A stretch of 63,490 nt of DNA, the filler included, from Reclinomonas americana ATCC 50394 (Eukaryota), in assembly GCA_048213135.1 (NCBI GenBank). It is 32 parts of 32 records of this genome, joined end to end, with 100 filler letters (N's around TTAATTAATTAA, not from the genome) between each part and the next. Parts side by side here need not be neighbours in the genome. Positions count along the whole stretch, not along the records: positions 45,704 to 47,705 come from AFZH01025077.1; positions 47,806 to 49,808 come from AFZH01025078.1; positions 49,909 to 51,908 come from AFZH01025079.1; positions 52,009 to 54,007 come from AFZH01025080.1; positions 54,108 to 56,106 come from AFZH01025081.1; positions 56,207 to 57,222 come from AFZH01025082.1; positions 57,323 to 59,312 come from AFZH01025083.1; 25 more parts are not named here. The stretch is one strand, 5' to 3'. The notes under the pieces are model-generated. The model was not told the origin of the DNA and did not search any database. It saw nothing but the letters and a program-made list of their open reading frames with translations. Both the position numbers and the translations under genes were made by a program. The number at the start of each line of letters is the position of its first letter. Within the stretch, counting starts at the first letter, position 1. Positions 45,777 through 59,412 of the stretch are shown piece after piece.

Positions 45777-47705
45777 GGCCGAGTCCACTCGACGACAATC
45801 GCGCGAAGAGCAACAGCGTGCCCTGGAGGAAGAGCGACGGCGACGGGCGTGGGAGGAGCAGCGGTTTGTGTCCATTAACTTGTTTCTGTCTTTGGCGACC
45901 TTGCTGACTGCCAAAAAAACGCGTGCAGGCGCAAGCAAGAGGACTACGAGAGACAGCAGCAGCTGGCCGCCGAGCAGCAACGGCGAATGGAGGAGGTGGC
46001 GCGACAAAAGGCCGATTACGGACAGGAGAGGTGGCAGCAACCGGTGAGTGTGTCGTATCTCTGGCATTTCCATGTGCGTTTTGTGCTGACGCCACCACGG
46101 CAGTCGCGTTACCCGCAAGAGTTCTTGCGCTCACCAGGCGGTGGCGCTGCAGCCGCCGCACCACCTGATTTTGCTACTGATCCGTATGGCGCTCCACCGG
46201 CCGCCTCGATGGATCCATACGGTGCCGCGGCTGCGGGCAACTACTACGCCGCACCGTACGCCTACCCGGCACAGCCGCGCGACCCCAGCCCGCCGCAGTG
46301 GAATCCCAACGATGTGGACATGATGATGCAACAGCGCATGCGGATGCAGGAAGAGATTTACCGACAGCAGCAGTCGTTTTACCAGCAGCAGCAGTTGTAC
46401 GCACAGACGGCGGGTCGGCGACGAGATGTTGCGTCTTCTCGTCACCCCACTTTACTCATTGTTCTTTGCGCTCACTTTGTATGTGTGTGCGACAGGTTCC
46501 CGACGACACGGCGCCGGAGCGGCCCGACACCAACGGATATGAGCCGCCTCAGTCGAACCGCATGCGACAAGCGTCGGTGCCGTCTGGTCAAATGCCGCCC
46601 GACGCGGCTCGCATGCGTGTGCGCGCCCCCAGCGCGGCACCCATGATGCGCGGCATGTCACAGCAGCCGCGCGGCTACGAACAGGCGGCGCCGCAGCAGA
46701 TGCACGCCGCAGCGCGGGCGTCGTCTGTGTCGCCGCCGACGACGCGAGGTGTGTCACAGCCGCCACCGATGCAGCGTGGACCGCCACCACAGCAGCAGCA
46801 ACACCAGCCGCAACAGCAACAACAACAGCCAGGTATTTATCGTCGTTGCGTTGCGCAGTGAGTGGGCAGGGGAGGAGAGAGTTAGAGGAATATGGCAAAG
46901 AAGAAGAGAAGCACTTACAATCAAACTGCACAAAGAGAGGGGACTCACACACGCACCGACATGAGATGCTGCTTAGAGGAGAGATGAAAGGAGAGATTCG
47001 CCGCCACGTAGGAGGAGTTGCCCAGTGGATATGAGACTGGAGATATGGGGAAGGGCGAGAGATGAAGAGAGAGAAAAAACGTTCACACGGACAAGCGCAG
47101 CTTCATGAGATAGGAAGAGACCACAAGCTCATGACCCAGGAGTTGATTTGCTGACAGCCAAGCGACACACTCACAGAGACACAGAAGGAGAGGGAAAGAG
47201 AGAGAGCGAGAGAGAGAAAGGAGGACTTGCTAGAAGCGTGCGCCGACGCGCGCGCACACGCACGAGAGAGAGAGAGAGAGGTGGAGGGAGGGAGAAGACA
47301 TTCGAGCAAGCAGAAGTCTGAGTTGCACCGCTTGAATTCAAGCGCCCACACGTGCATAGACAGGGAGAGAACGAGAGAGGAAAGTAACATACGCCGAGGC
47401 ACGCACACACGCACGAGACACAGAGAGATAGAGAGAGAACGCGCTCGTACAAACAAGCAATTAAGCACACACGCGAGCACCAGTGAGAAAACAGGCAGAA
47501 AAAGCTCATGCACCCAAGAAACTGAGTTGATTAGCTGACAGCTCAGATAGAGAGTGAATCAAAACCCCCCTTCCCCTTTCCCTCCCTTTCCCCTCTCTTC
47601 CCCTTCCCCTCTCTTCCCTCACATCCCTTTCCTCTGATGTGCAGCGGACCTCGCCCCCGCCGTCGACCCCGACTACCACCGCAAGTACTACGAAGAGCAG
47701 CGCCG
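45777..47705 (+). CDS. Coiled-coil plus Q/P-rich eukaryotic protein, spliced, partial
   Basis: Exons REEQQRALEEERRRRAWEEQR, YPQEFLRSPGG... and QQHQPQQQQQQP with GT-AG boundaries. Confidence 0.55.
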
Positions 47706-47805
47706 NNNNNNNNNNNNNNNNNNNNNNNNNNNNNNNNNNNNNNNNNNNNTTAATTAATTAANNNNNNNNNNNNNNNNNNNNNNNNNNNNNNNNNNNNNNN
47801 NNNNN

Positions 47806-49808
47806 GTGTACGCCATGCGCAAGATCCTCACCAACAGTCAGGCCGGCTGCAATTACATCCTCGTAGGCGACACCGGACGATGCCGCACGCACGCAGACAC
47901 GGTACACTCCGCCAGCCAGCATCGAGCCAGGAGTCACAGTCACACTCATTGCAGTGGAGCCAGTGACGCTATCGACAGTGCCGCCTACTCCTGCAGTCGT
48001 GTCGCTGCTCGAACTGCAAGAGCCACTGGTGAGAACCAGGGCTCGGGTCACAGTCTGCAGCGATGAGATGAATCCGGTGCCAGCGAGCTGCAGCTGCGTG
48101 CCGGTGCCTGCTGGGATGATTGGAGGGCTAATGCTTGACACAGTGGCCAGCGAAAGAGAACTAGCACTCTCGTAGGTGGCGGCACTAGGCGACCAGCGAA
48201 TACCTGCGGTATGCAGTCTGTCAGAGCACAGAGAATAGGAGGCATGTGACGATACGAAAAAACGCAACAAAGTTGATAGATGCCGGCAGGTGTGGTGGCG
48301 GACGAGGTCACAACGTCCACGGAAAGTGTCTGCGCGTCGATAAACTGCAGCGACTGTGTCGAAGTGGACATGACAGCCACCGGCGACATGGCGGCACACG
48401 AGGCAGACAGCACGAAAAGCGCGCTATCGCCCACCAACGAGGAGATAAAACCGCCGCCCGTCACCAGAATCGTGTGGCTGTGGTGGATGTGGGAAGAAAG
48501 AAGTGAGGTCCGTGGGCTCACCATCACGCGAAGAGGATTTCATCTTACATGTTGCTGGCGGCAATGAATATGACTGCTGGTTGTACTGCCGTGGCTCGAG
48601 CGACGTTGACAACACCGAGAGGACCAGGGCTGGCCGACGAACTCCAGCGTATGCTGCGACATGGTTTCGGTTGGTCATGCACCGCGATCTCTCCACACAC
48701 GAACACAGTAGACACGAACCACAGAGTGTAGGCTCCCGACGGAATGTTCCTCGTGTCAATCGTCACCGTGATTCTGGAAGCGCTGACGTATGTGCCACTG
48801 ATTGGAGCGCTAGATGCCTGCGCGACACTCTCCTGGCACCCAAAGCTCAGTGCACTGCTGTCGGTGGCCAGCGCATTGACGAACTGTGTCCCGTTGATGG
48901 TCACCGTAGCCGACGCGGTGGACCCCACCACCACCGGCGTGAGGCTGAATGAGGGTATGACAATCGATGCCACGACACTCCAGCTCGTGCACGCAGACGT
49001 CGGTCTGCAGCAAGAGTGAGAGGATTGATGTTTTTTTAGTCGCAAGAGTCAGCAACGGTGGAGACTGAGAGACACTCGCCTGACACACAGCGTGTAGCTG
49101 CCCGTCGCACTCGTCGACGAGTTGAATGTAAGAGTTATAGACGTGCTTGTCGAAGCGGAGATGGTGATCGGTATGGAAGACGCGGCGGCGGCACACGTCG
49201 ACCCACTGGAGAGGGCAAAGGCCTGCGTATCTGCAGACAAGCTCGGCAACGACGTGCCTGTGACGGAGATTGTTTCGCCGACACGCCGATGCAGCGCAAG
49301 AGGTGCAACAAGGGTCACCGCGGCTACCATCGCGATGGGTATGTAAATGAGTGCGCGCAATGCGACGCGGAATTCACGTGCGACAGGAACGCACCTGCCG
49401 CTTGAACCGGGCCAGCATCGTAGTACGGCGACGACGCTGACATGCGACCGCAAACTCGATATGTGACCGACGGCATCAACGTGGAGCCATTGATCGAGGC
49501 CAGTACCTGCGTGTTGGATACCACGGTAGTGGCTAGCGAGAAGGCCACCGTGAAGCTGCAAACAAAAAGTAGTCTGTGAATGTCGGAATGAAGGAAACAC
49601 GCAAAAAGCCAGTGACCTCACCCTGTGGCACACGAGGTGGCGCTCAGAACGACCGCTTGAGCATCGGTGGAGGTGTTTTGCGAGCTGTCGGTTCGTGTCA
49701 ATGACAGACACTGCCCAGCCAGCTGAAAAATGGTAGAGGGTGTGGAGGCAGTGAAAGTGGCCTCGGCCACAAAGGTACGCAAGGTGCCGTACTGAACGGT
49801 AAGGCCGA
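47806..49808 (-). CDS. S/T-rich surface protein with repeated IPT/TIG-like beta-sandwich modules, spliced, partial
   Basis: Repeating pattern SISP......++.GTGF...ALV..SC...GVYRVCVR / GAYTLW / GSYTLCVR. Confidence 0.55.
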
Positions 49809-49908
49809 NNNNNNNNNNNNNNNNNNNNNNNNNNNNNNNNNNNNNNNNNNNNTTAATTAATTAANNNNNNNNNNNNNNNNNNNNNNNNNNNNNNNNNNNN
49901 NNNNNNNN

Positions 49909-50033
<125 letters not shown>

Positions 50034-50273
50034 GCACACATCCTTGTGCGCTTCCTTTGCCCTCTCTTCTCTACACGCACGAATATAATTGCACACATCC
50101 TTCTCCTTTCTTAACGAACACACGAATCCACACCATTAACCCTTGTGCCTATTCTCTCTCTTCTCCGCAAACACACGAATGCACCTTCTCTCTCTCCATC
50201 ACGAACTCCTTGTGCTTTCTCCCTCTCTCTTCTCCTTCTACTCTCTCCCTCCTCCTCCTTCCCCTTTCCTCAC

Positions 50274-51077
50274 CGTTCAGCTTGTCCTTCGAGACGCGCT
50301 CAATGTGGATGATGAACTTCTTGCGGTAGACAGTGGTGACCTTTCCGGTGGTCTTCTTGTGGGTGCCGCGCACAATCGTCACCTCGTCGTCCTTGCGGAT
50401 GGGCACAGCGCGCACCTGGACACAAACCAACGAGTGTGAGTGACCTGACCTCATTCAAGTCTTGTCATCATGACGCGCTCAACGTTGTACTTCTGGCGCA
50501 TCTGCTTCGACAGCGACGCCGACATGAGCTTGCGGCGCTCGCTCGAGGGAGCAGCAAAGTGGGCCTTGCGGCACTTTCGCCGGGAGGATGACACGGCTGT
50601 GTGTGTGAGAGGTGTGAGTGACTCTTGACATGGACATGCCAGCGTCTGCACCACACACGCTCTCTCCCCAAGCTCGTGAGTATGTGCTCTCCTTCTCTCT
50701 TCCTCATGTACACAGTTGACTCTCTGCAGCGCACGCCGGGCATGCGAGCGTGGGTGCTGTGGACATGCATGACTGACACACACACACGCGCACTCCCTGC
50801 TCAAATCATGATTATCTCTGCATGCTGCGTCTCCACTCCTGAGCAACAACAACAACCGCCTGACACTCCGTTGCGCGACAGCAAGGCGTGCACGTCTGTG
50901 CCTCTCTGTGTGCGTGGGTCGGGCATGCACATGGCCATGCATGTGCGCTCTCTCTCTCTCTCCACACCACCCTCTCCCTGCCAGCCCAGACTCGCCATGC
51001 ATCTGCTCAACCTACACACACAGACACACAGACACAGAGCGCGTGACAACCGCGAACTCACCAGCGGAGAACTTCAT
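50274..51077 (-). CDS. RPL26: 60S ribosomal protein L26 (uL24), first three exons
   Basis: [59 protein letters not shown]...[13 protein letters not shown]. Confidence 0.96.
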
Positions 51078-51165
51078 GGCGTGTGTGAGTGAGAGAGGGT
51101 GAGTGAGGGACAGTTGACCGCGCGAGCATCGTCTGTCCCACGCATCAACAAACGACGTCGCGATC

Positions 51166-51908
51166 ATGTTTGTGCCAGGTGAGTTCTTGCTCTCTCTCTT
51201 GCTCTCTGTGCATCACGTGTTGCACCGCCTGCTCACACACGCACTCACTCTCTCTCACATACAGGAACACGTGTGTCGGTTCCCACACTGGGCAAGACAG
51301 GCACAGTGCGCTTCTTTGGCAAGGTGCACTTTAGCAGCAAGAGCGACTGGTATGGAGTCGAGCTCGACACTCCAGGTGCGTGGCGTGGACCATATGTATT
51401 TTCACTCAGCGCGGGAAAGACAGCTCACTTTTTACCTCACTCTGTGTTTTTCGCGCGCGCGTGCGTCTCTCTCTCTGTGTCTGTGTAACACAGACGGCAA
51501 GAACAATGGCACCGTGGGTGGCGTCGAGTACTTTGTGTGCCCCGACAATTGTGGAATTTTTGCGCGCCCTTCTCATCTGGTGGCGCTCGAAGGCGATGGA
51601 TCGGCGGCCGCTGATGACGCCTCCTCGACTGTGACATCGCCCTCTGCTGTAGCAGCTGCTGAGGCGCCAGCAGAGGCACCAGTCGCAGCACCTCCAGCAC
51701 CAGCACCAGCGCGGCCATCAGGGATTCCACTGATCCCCTCGCTCAATTTGCCTCCACGTGAGGTTGAGGAACCGCAGCAGACGCAGCCAGCAGCTCCTGC
51801 CGCAGCAAAGCCGGCCGGTCGCATGTCTCCCCGCGGGCAGCCTCCCGCCAGTGGGATCCCGTCGCTACCAATGCCGGCAGTGGCGGCGGCGGCGGCCGGC
51901 AACCCCGG
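51166..51908 (+). CDS. CAP-Gly domain protein, 5' part
   Basis: GTVRFFG..HF....WYGVELDTP|DGKNNGTVGGVEYFVC..NCGIFARPS. Confidence 0.92.
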
Positions 51909-52008
51909 NNNNNNNNNNNNNNNNNNNNNNNNNNNNNNNNNNNNNNNNNNNNTTAATTAATTAANNNNNNNNNNNNNNNNNNNNNNNNNNNNNNNNNNNN
52001 NNNNNNNN

Positions 52009-54007
52009 TTTGCGCAGTTGCAAGGCAGTCGTGTCATGGATGCCATGGGACGCACGAGAGCGTTGTATCTGTCGGCCATCATGGCTCCGCCGGTGGATCG
52101 CGCCCAAGGTCCGAGCGTATTCCCAATCATATTCACGTACACTGCTGCAACTGGCTCACGTGATACGTTTGCGTTGTCGCAGCGCTGGTGACGAATGAGA
52201 GCTCGGAAAACATGTGGTCCGCTCTGTTGCAATCGCAGTACGCACAGGAGGTGCTTGGTGAAATAGTTCGACGGTTGTCGCTTCTGCAGATTGATGAAGA
52301 CGGTGTGATTGCGCAAGTTTCGTGGAAGCGGTGCTTGTCGTGTTCGTGTACCGATCTTCGTGTGTGCTGAAACCCCTTCGGTACGTCGCACGCAGCTGGA
52401 GCCTGCCGATGCGGCCAGTGTATTTGGAGCGTTGGCGGCTCTGTCGCACAAGTTGCAAGTCATTGGTCACGCACGCGAGGCACTGCATCGCAGCAGCGTC
52501 GATGCGATTGCAACCTTTGTGCCTGTCTCTGTCGTCGACTGTTCACGTTGAGAGACATCAACTGCGTCGTGCGCCACGTACCCCACCAACTCATCTCGTG
52601 CACTTTGCAGAAGCGGGCCTTGTCACGGTCACCCCACTGTCACAGCTGGCGGCAGGGAGTGAAGACACCGAATCGCAAGTGGTACCGGTCAATCACACTG
52701 CTTTGTGTGTGCATTCGGCGTCCCCGTCGCTAGTGGAGGCTGCGAGACGGATGCCGGCACTTCTCGCCCTGCTGGTGTCGGCCATGCGAACTGCGCAGAC
52801 ATCGACGAATGTGGACAGTGAGTGATTCTCTCTCTCACACACACACACAAACACACACACTCTTACACAATCGTCCGCGATGCAGTGTCGAATGTGAGCT
52901 GGCAAGCGATGCTCTATAGGACAGCACTGGAACACTCGGTGGCATCGCATGCTGCGCGCGCGTTGCACTCGATCATCGACGACAAGGATGTAGTGTCGCT
53001 GGCGATGGACCACGGTAAGGCAACGCGTCGTTGTGCGGCTTGGTTTGATCTCGCTGACCTCGCAATATTCTGTGTTTCAGGTCTCCTGCAGTATGTCTCG
53101 GAGTGCAGCCAGCGGCTGTTGGATGACTCGCTCGTCAAGTATTCGACGCTGGAGCTAGAAGAGATGCGATTCGCCGCTGAGCATGCCTTGGCCACGCGCG
53201 TCGCTGAGGTGAGCTTCTTTCTCAGCTGCTCACGTTGCTGCGGTGTTGAGTCACCAAACCGTGTACATACCTCGTGCCCAGCTGCGAGACCCGCGAATGT
53301 TTGTGTCGATGGACCAGTTCGTGGCGACGCCTCCGTGTTGTGTGTCGTTCAGTGGTGTCAAGGGCGCATACGTCGATCTCGGTGGTGGCGCTGCGTTCAC
53401 TGTGTACGGACCGTTTACGTTGGAGGCGTGGATCAAGATTGACAAGATCGATCGACGCAAGACGCAGCTGATTGTGGGTCGAGGCAAATCGCACGGCACA
53501 CGGCATGCGTTCTTGCGCATTGATCGAGGTATGTACTCACCTGAGGCCTGAAGTGTACGTTTGTGTATTTGCATGTCGCTGACTGGCTGGCTGCCCATCA
53601 ACAGGGCACTACTCGATTGGCGCCTTCAACGACGGCTGCCTGAACGAGTGTCGTGCCAAGGTGCCCGCAAGCGACGTTGGCAAGTGGAATCACATTGCCG
53701 GTTCTCACGACGGTACTTTGTGGCGCCTATTCAAGGTAAGAGTGAATGTGCTCTGTTTGTGTGTGTCTGTGTGTGTGAGAGTGAGCTGACGCTTCTCGCT
53801 GTGTTCGATCGCCTGCAGAACGGTGACGTTATTTCCGCCGACAGCGACTACGACGGCTGTCCGCAGAGTCTGGACAACTGGACCGTTGGCGCCTGCACCG
53901 ATGGCAAGCACCCATTCCACGGTCAGATTCGACAAGCGAGAATCTGGCGAGTAGCTCGCAGTCCCGATCAACTCAAGGAGTTTATGTCTGGTCTCGTCAA
54001 AGTCAGC
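52009..54007 (+). CDS. Large protein fragment with a LamG/ConA-like domain, allele A
   Basis: FTLEAWIK, GKWNHIAGSHDGTLWRLFK|NG, WTVGA...FHGQIRQARIWRVARS. Confidence 0.75.
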
Positions 54008-54149
54008 NNNNNNNNNNNNNNNNNNNNNNNNNNNNNNNNNNNNNNNNNNNNTTAATTAATTAANNNNNNNNNNNNNNNNNNNNNNNNNNNNNNNNNNNNN
54101 NNNNNNNTCAGTCAACCGCAGAGCATTCAAAAAAGAAACACAGAGCACA

Positions 54150-55940
54150 ATCGCAACACACCTGCTGTCGCACTCGAGCAGATCCTTCTCGCCGCCGATA
54201 ATGACCTCGAGGTAGGTGATAAAGTCGTCTGTCACAAGCAGTGAGTGCTGCTGGCGACACGACGAGTGCAAGTGACACAAGAAAGGAACCCACCAGGGAA
54301 AGAGCCGCCCATGTTCTTCTTGAAGATGGCAAAAATGGCGGCCAGATCCTCGGGCTTGATGTGCTTGGCGGCGTCGATGCGGTAGCCGCTGAAGCCCATG
54401 CCGATGAGGTCGGTCAGGTAGTCAGCGATGCGCTGCTGCACGTTCGGGCGCTGGAGAGGAGATATTCATGAGAATGAGACTAGAAACTGATGCGAGGCAA
54501 GCGCTCTGCTCCTCCGCTGCTCTCCCTCTCTCTCTCTCTCTCTCTGTGTGTCACACTTCTCTTTTACTCCATTTCCTTCAGTGCTCCGTGTCACCTTTCT
54601 GTCTGTCTCTCCTCCTCTCCATCTTCTCTCTCTCCTCAATTCTTTTGCCACACGAACCTCGGTGTTCAGTGTTGCCTCTCTGTCTGTCTCTCCTCCACCA
54701 CACCTCGGTGTTCAGTGTCACCTTTCTGTCTCTCCTCTTTTCTTCTCCCTTCTTTCATTCTCTATTTCTTTCAGTGCTCAGTATCGCCTTTCTTTTTTTC
54801 TGTCTGTCTCTCCTCTTCTCTCTTCCTCTCTTCTATCTTTGCCTCTCCTCTCCTCTGCCACACAAACCTCGGTGTTCAGATCCGACAAGCCGACAAGCCA
54901 GCCAGCGTTGAGGATCAGAGGATCGCTCCACGAGTTCAATCTGGAGCGACAAAAGCACACGTGTCACACACTCACACGATCAAAAACCACAGTGCCAGCA
55001 TGACGAAACGCTCGCTCGCAGTGGAAATCGAGAGGGCCGTACGGCACAGCTACGAGCGTGGTGGGAAAGTGTGAGCGACTGTGAACGCAAAAGCGATGTC
55101 GCTGCTCGTGGAAGCGCAACGCAACCTGGGTACTCCAGACCAGGGTGCTGGTTGGTGAAGTTGCTGGGCGCGTAGTTGAAATCCTGAGTGTAGTACGGGC
55201 TGCCGGCGGTCGAGTCCTAACGCATGCGTGAGTGAGTCAAGGGCGTCACACACGCGATGACTGTGTGCATGGTCACAAACCTTGGGACCCCAGTACGCGC
55301 AGCCACCGCCATTGCCGTTGCGGTGGGGGCCGCTGTCGTTGCCGCCGCCCGTCATGTGGTTGACCACGGCGTCGGCGTCTGTGTGGGGACAAAGGGCAAA
55401 TGGAAGGGTCAAGGGGAAGGGGGAGAGAGGGGGAAGAGAAGGGGAAAGTGAGCGGGAAGGAGAAGGGGGAGAGAGGGTAGTCGTGAAGGAAATGGGCAGA
55501 GGGAAAGGGGACGAGAAAGAGGGAACGAAACACGAGGACAGGAGCAAGAAGGGGAACTGGGAGAGAAGGGGGAGAGAGGGAGGAGACGAAAAGAGAGAGA
55601 GAAGAGAGGGAAACAGAAGTCACTGCACGCAACAGACGCGGACGTTGTTCTTGCGGCACGTCTGAATCATGGAGCGCAGCTGGTCACGCGTTCCCTGGCG
55701 GTTGTTCATCTTGTAGCTCACAGGCTGGTACGCCCAGAACCTGCGCAACAACAAGGCGTCAGAACGCATAAATGTTGGCGGTGCGGTATGCACAAGAAGA
55801 ACTCACCAAGGGTTGATTTCGCCGTTCTGCAGCCAGCGGCTGCTCATCATGGTCTCCTGCGGTGGGAACACCTTGACGCCGAGGTAGCCGGCCTTGCCCA
55901 GCATCTCGCACTCGGCCTCGATGTCGGCGTAGCCCCCTGT
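54150..55940 (-). CDS. Animal-type alpha-amylase (GH13), spliced, partial
   Basis: DIEAECE.LGKAGYLGVKVFPPQE, YQPVSYK, DAVVNHM, LVGLSDLNTE, GFSGYRIDAAKHI, YLEVI. Confidence 0.93.
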
Positions 55941-56015
55941 GAGAGATGGAAGAGTGAGGGAGAAGGGAGGGAGGAGGGAGAGGAAAGGGAAGAGGCGGGA
56001 CGACAAATGCGCAAA

Positions 56016-56053
<38 letters not shown>

Positions 56054-56206
56054 GAGGAGAGAGAGAGAGAGAGGAGGACGACGACGAACGAACGAGAGAG
56101 GAGAGANNNNNNNNNNNNNNNNNNNNNNNNNNNNNNNNNNNNNNNNNNNNTTAATTAATTAANNNNNNNNNNNNNNNNNNNNNNNNNNNNNNNNNNNNNN
56201 NNNNNN

Positions 56207-56632
56207 GGATGCTGCCCAGGGGACGATGACGGCCATGCGGACGATCTGTCGCCCGGGGAAGGCCTTGTTGAGGATCTGTGCGAGGGCGAGGGAGATCACG
56301 ACGGTGAACGTGACGACGGACACGACCCAGATGACCGTGCGGCCCAGGATCGGCCAGAACTCCGCGAACGCGAACACGGTGGCGAAGTTGTCGAACCCGA
56401 CCGACCCCTTGTCGAGGCCCGAGAGCGAGATGTCGCGGGTGGAGTTGAAGAACATCACCCCAGCGGGGAAGAACACCACGCCGATGATGAGCAGCAGCGC
56501 GGGCGCGATCCAAGGCAACGCCTGGAGAAGATCTTTCCCCCCGGACCTGCCGCGCACGGCGTTCCGTCGGGGGGTGCGGGGGCGGCCGGTGGCCGCCCCC
56601 GCGAGGTTCGAGGACTCTTTCGTCTGGCTCAT
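56207..56632 (-). CDS. Carbohydrate ABC transporter permease, 5' part, Microbacterium-like
   Basis: LPWIAPAL...VGFDNF...LALAQILN..FPGR. Confidence 0.9.
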
Positions 56633-56663
56633 GGGAATACCCGAACCTCTCCGTTCAGCGGGC

Positions 56664-57222
56664 TCAGCCCGCGTCGACCTGCGCCTGGATCTCGGTCAGG
56701 ACATCCTGAGCCGGCTTCGACTGCAGCTGACCGAACAGCGACTTGAAAGCGCCGTCGGCGGCGGACCACTTCGCGTTCGTCGACGGGTAGAACTGGGCGT
56801 CGGGCAGCACGTCGAGGAACGGCTTGAGGGCCTCCTCGCCGGACAGCTGCTCGGACCCGGACTTCGTGACGGGCAGGAAGCCCTCGGCCTGCACCCACGG
56901 CACGTAGACGTCGGCCGAGTAGTAGTAGTCGAAGAACTTGGTGATCGCGTCCTTCTTGTCGCCGTCGTTCTGGAACGCCATCAGCTGGTCCATGACGCCG
57001 AGCGTGAACGGCGAGCCGTCCTTGGTCGGGATCGGGACGATGGAGTAGTCCAGGTCGGGGTTGCCCTCTTCGATCTGGCCGACCGTCGGCGGGAGGCCGA
57101 CCTGCATGCCGATCTTGCCCTGGATGAAGATGTCCATCAGCGGCGAACGCTGCGTGGAGCCGGGGTCAGCCTGGGTCGCACCGGCGTCGATCATCTTCTT
57201 GATCTGCTCGGCACCGACGAGG
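56664..57222 (-). CDS. Carbohydrate ABC transporter solute-binding protein, 3' part
   Basis: FIQGKIGM...LDYSIVPIP...GFLPVTKS; directly upstream of the permease. Confidence 0.88.
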
Positions 57223-57322
57223 NNNNNNNNNNNNNNNNNNNNNNNNNNNNNNNNNNNNNNNNNNNNTTAATTAATTAANNNNNNNNNNNNNNNNNNNNNN
57301 NNNNNNNNNNNNNNNNNNNNNN

Positions 57323-59312
57323 TGCGCGCAGTTGCAAGGCAGTCGTGTCATGGATGCCATGGGGCGCACGAGAGCGTTGTATCTGTCGGCCATCATGGCT
57401 CCGCCGGTGGATCGCGCCCAAGGTCCGAGCGTATTCCCTATCATATTCACGTACACTGCTGCAACTGGCTCACGTGATACGTTTGCGTTGTCGCAGCGCT
57501 GGTGACGAATGAGAGCTCGGAAAACATGTGGTCCGCTCTGTTGCAATCGCAGTACGCACAGGAGGTGCTTGGTGAAATAGTTCGACGGTTGTCGCTTCTG
57601 CAGATTGATGAAGACGGTGTGATTGCGCAAGTTTCGTGGAAGCGGTGCTTGTCGTGTTCATGTACCGATCTTCGTGTGTGCTGAACCCCCTTCGGTACAT
57701 CGCACGCAGCTGGAGCCTGCCGATGCGGCCAGTGTATTTGGAGCGTTGGCGGCTCTGTCGCACAAGTTGCAAGTCATTGGTCACGCACGCGAGGCACTGC
57801 ATCGCAGCAGCGTCGATGCGACTGCAACCTTTGTGCCTGTCTCTGTCGTCGACTGTTCACGTTGAGAGACATCAACTGCGTCGTGCGCCACGTACCCCAC
57901 CAACTCATCTCGTGCACTTTGCAGAAGCGGGCCTTGTCACGGTCACCCCACTGTCACAGCTGGCGGCAGGGAGTGAAGACACCGAATCGCAAGTGGTGCC
58001 GGTCAATCACACTGCTTTGTGTGTGCATTCGGCGTCCCCATCGCTGGTGGAGGCTGCGAGACGGATGCCGGCACTTCTCGCCCTGCTGGTGTCGGCCATG
58101 CGAACTGCGCAGACATCGACGAATGTGGACAGTGAGTGATTCTCTCTCTCTCACACACACTGTGTGACACAATCTTACACTATCGTCCACGATGCAGTGT
58201 CGAATGCGAGCTGGCAAGCGATGCTCTATAGGACAGCACTGGAACACTCGGTGGCATCGCATGCTGCGCGCGCGTTGCACTCGATCATCGACGACAAGGA
58301 TGCAGTGTCGCTGGCGATGGACCACGGTAAGGCAACGCGTCGTTGTGCGGTTTCGTTTGATCTCGCTGACCTCGCAATATTCTGTGTTTCAGGTCTCCTG
58401 CAGTATGTCTCGGAGTGCAGCCAGCGGCTGTTGGATGACTCGCTCGTCAAGTACTCAACGCTGGAGCTAGAAGAGATGCGATTTGCCGCTGAGCATGCCT
58501 TGGCCACGCGCGTCGCTGAGGTGAGCTTCTTTCTCAGCTGCTCACGTTGCTGCGGCGTTGAGTCACCAAACCGTGTACATTCCTCGTGCCCAGCTGCGAG
58601 ACCCGCGAATGTTTGTGTCGATGGACCAGTTCGTGGCGACGCCTCCGTGTTGTGTGTCGTTCAGTGGTGTCAAGGGCGCATACGTCGATCTCGGTGGTGG
58701 CGCTGCGTTCACTGTGTACGGACCGTTTACGTTGGAGGCGTGGATCAAGATTGACAAGATTGATCGACGCAAGACGCAGCTGATTGTGGGCCGAGGCAAA
58801 TCGCACGGCACACGGCATGCGTTCTTGCGCATCGATCGAGGTATGTACTCACCTGAAGTGTACGTTAGTGTATTTGCATGTCGCTGACTGGCTGGCTGCC
58901 CATCAACAGGGCACTACTCGATTGGCGCCTTCAACGACGGCTGCCTGAACGAGTGTCGTGCCAAGGTGCCCGCAAGCGACGTTGGCAAGTGGAATCACAT
59001 TGCCGGTTCTCACGACGGTACTTTGTGGCGCCTATTCAAGGTAAGAGTGAATGTGCTCTGTTTGTGTGTGTCTGTGTGTGTGTGAGTGAGCTGACGCTTC
59101 TCGCTGTGTTCGATCGCCTGCAGAACGGTGACGTTATTTCCGCCGACAGCGACTACGACGGCTGTCCGCAGAGTCTGGACAACTGGACCGTTGGCGCCTG
59201 CACCGATGGCAAGCACCCATTCCACGGTCAGATTCGACAAGCGAGAATCTGGCGAGTAGCTCGCAGTCCCGATCAACTCAAGGAGTTCATGTCTGGTCTC
59301 GTCAAAGTCAGG
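57323..59312 (+). CDS. LamG-domain protein fragment, allele B
   Basis: Near-identical to 52009-54007. Confidence 0.75.
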
Positions 59313-59412
59313 NNNNNNNNNNNNNNNNNNNNNNNNNNNNNNNNNNNNNNNNNNNNTTAATTAATTAANNNNNNNNNNNNNNNNNNNNNNNNNNNNNNNN
59401 NNNNNNNNNNNN

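Noticed and set aside
50600..51060. snoRNA in RPL26 intron 1
   Set aside because: A TGCTCA...TGAGCA stem with C/D-like boxes is only ~50 nt and on the strand opposite the host gene; no convincing box pair on the sense strand
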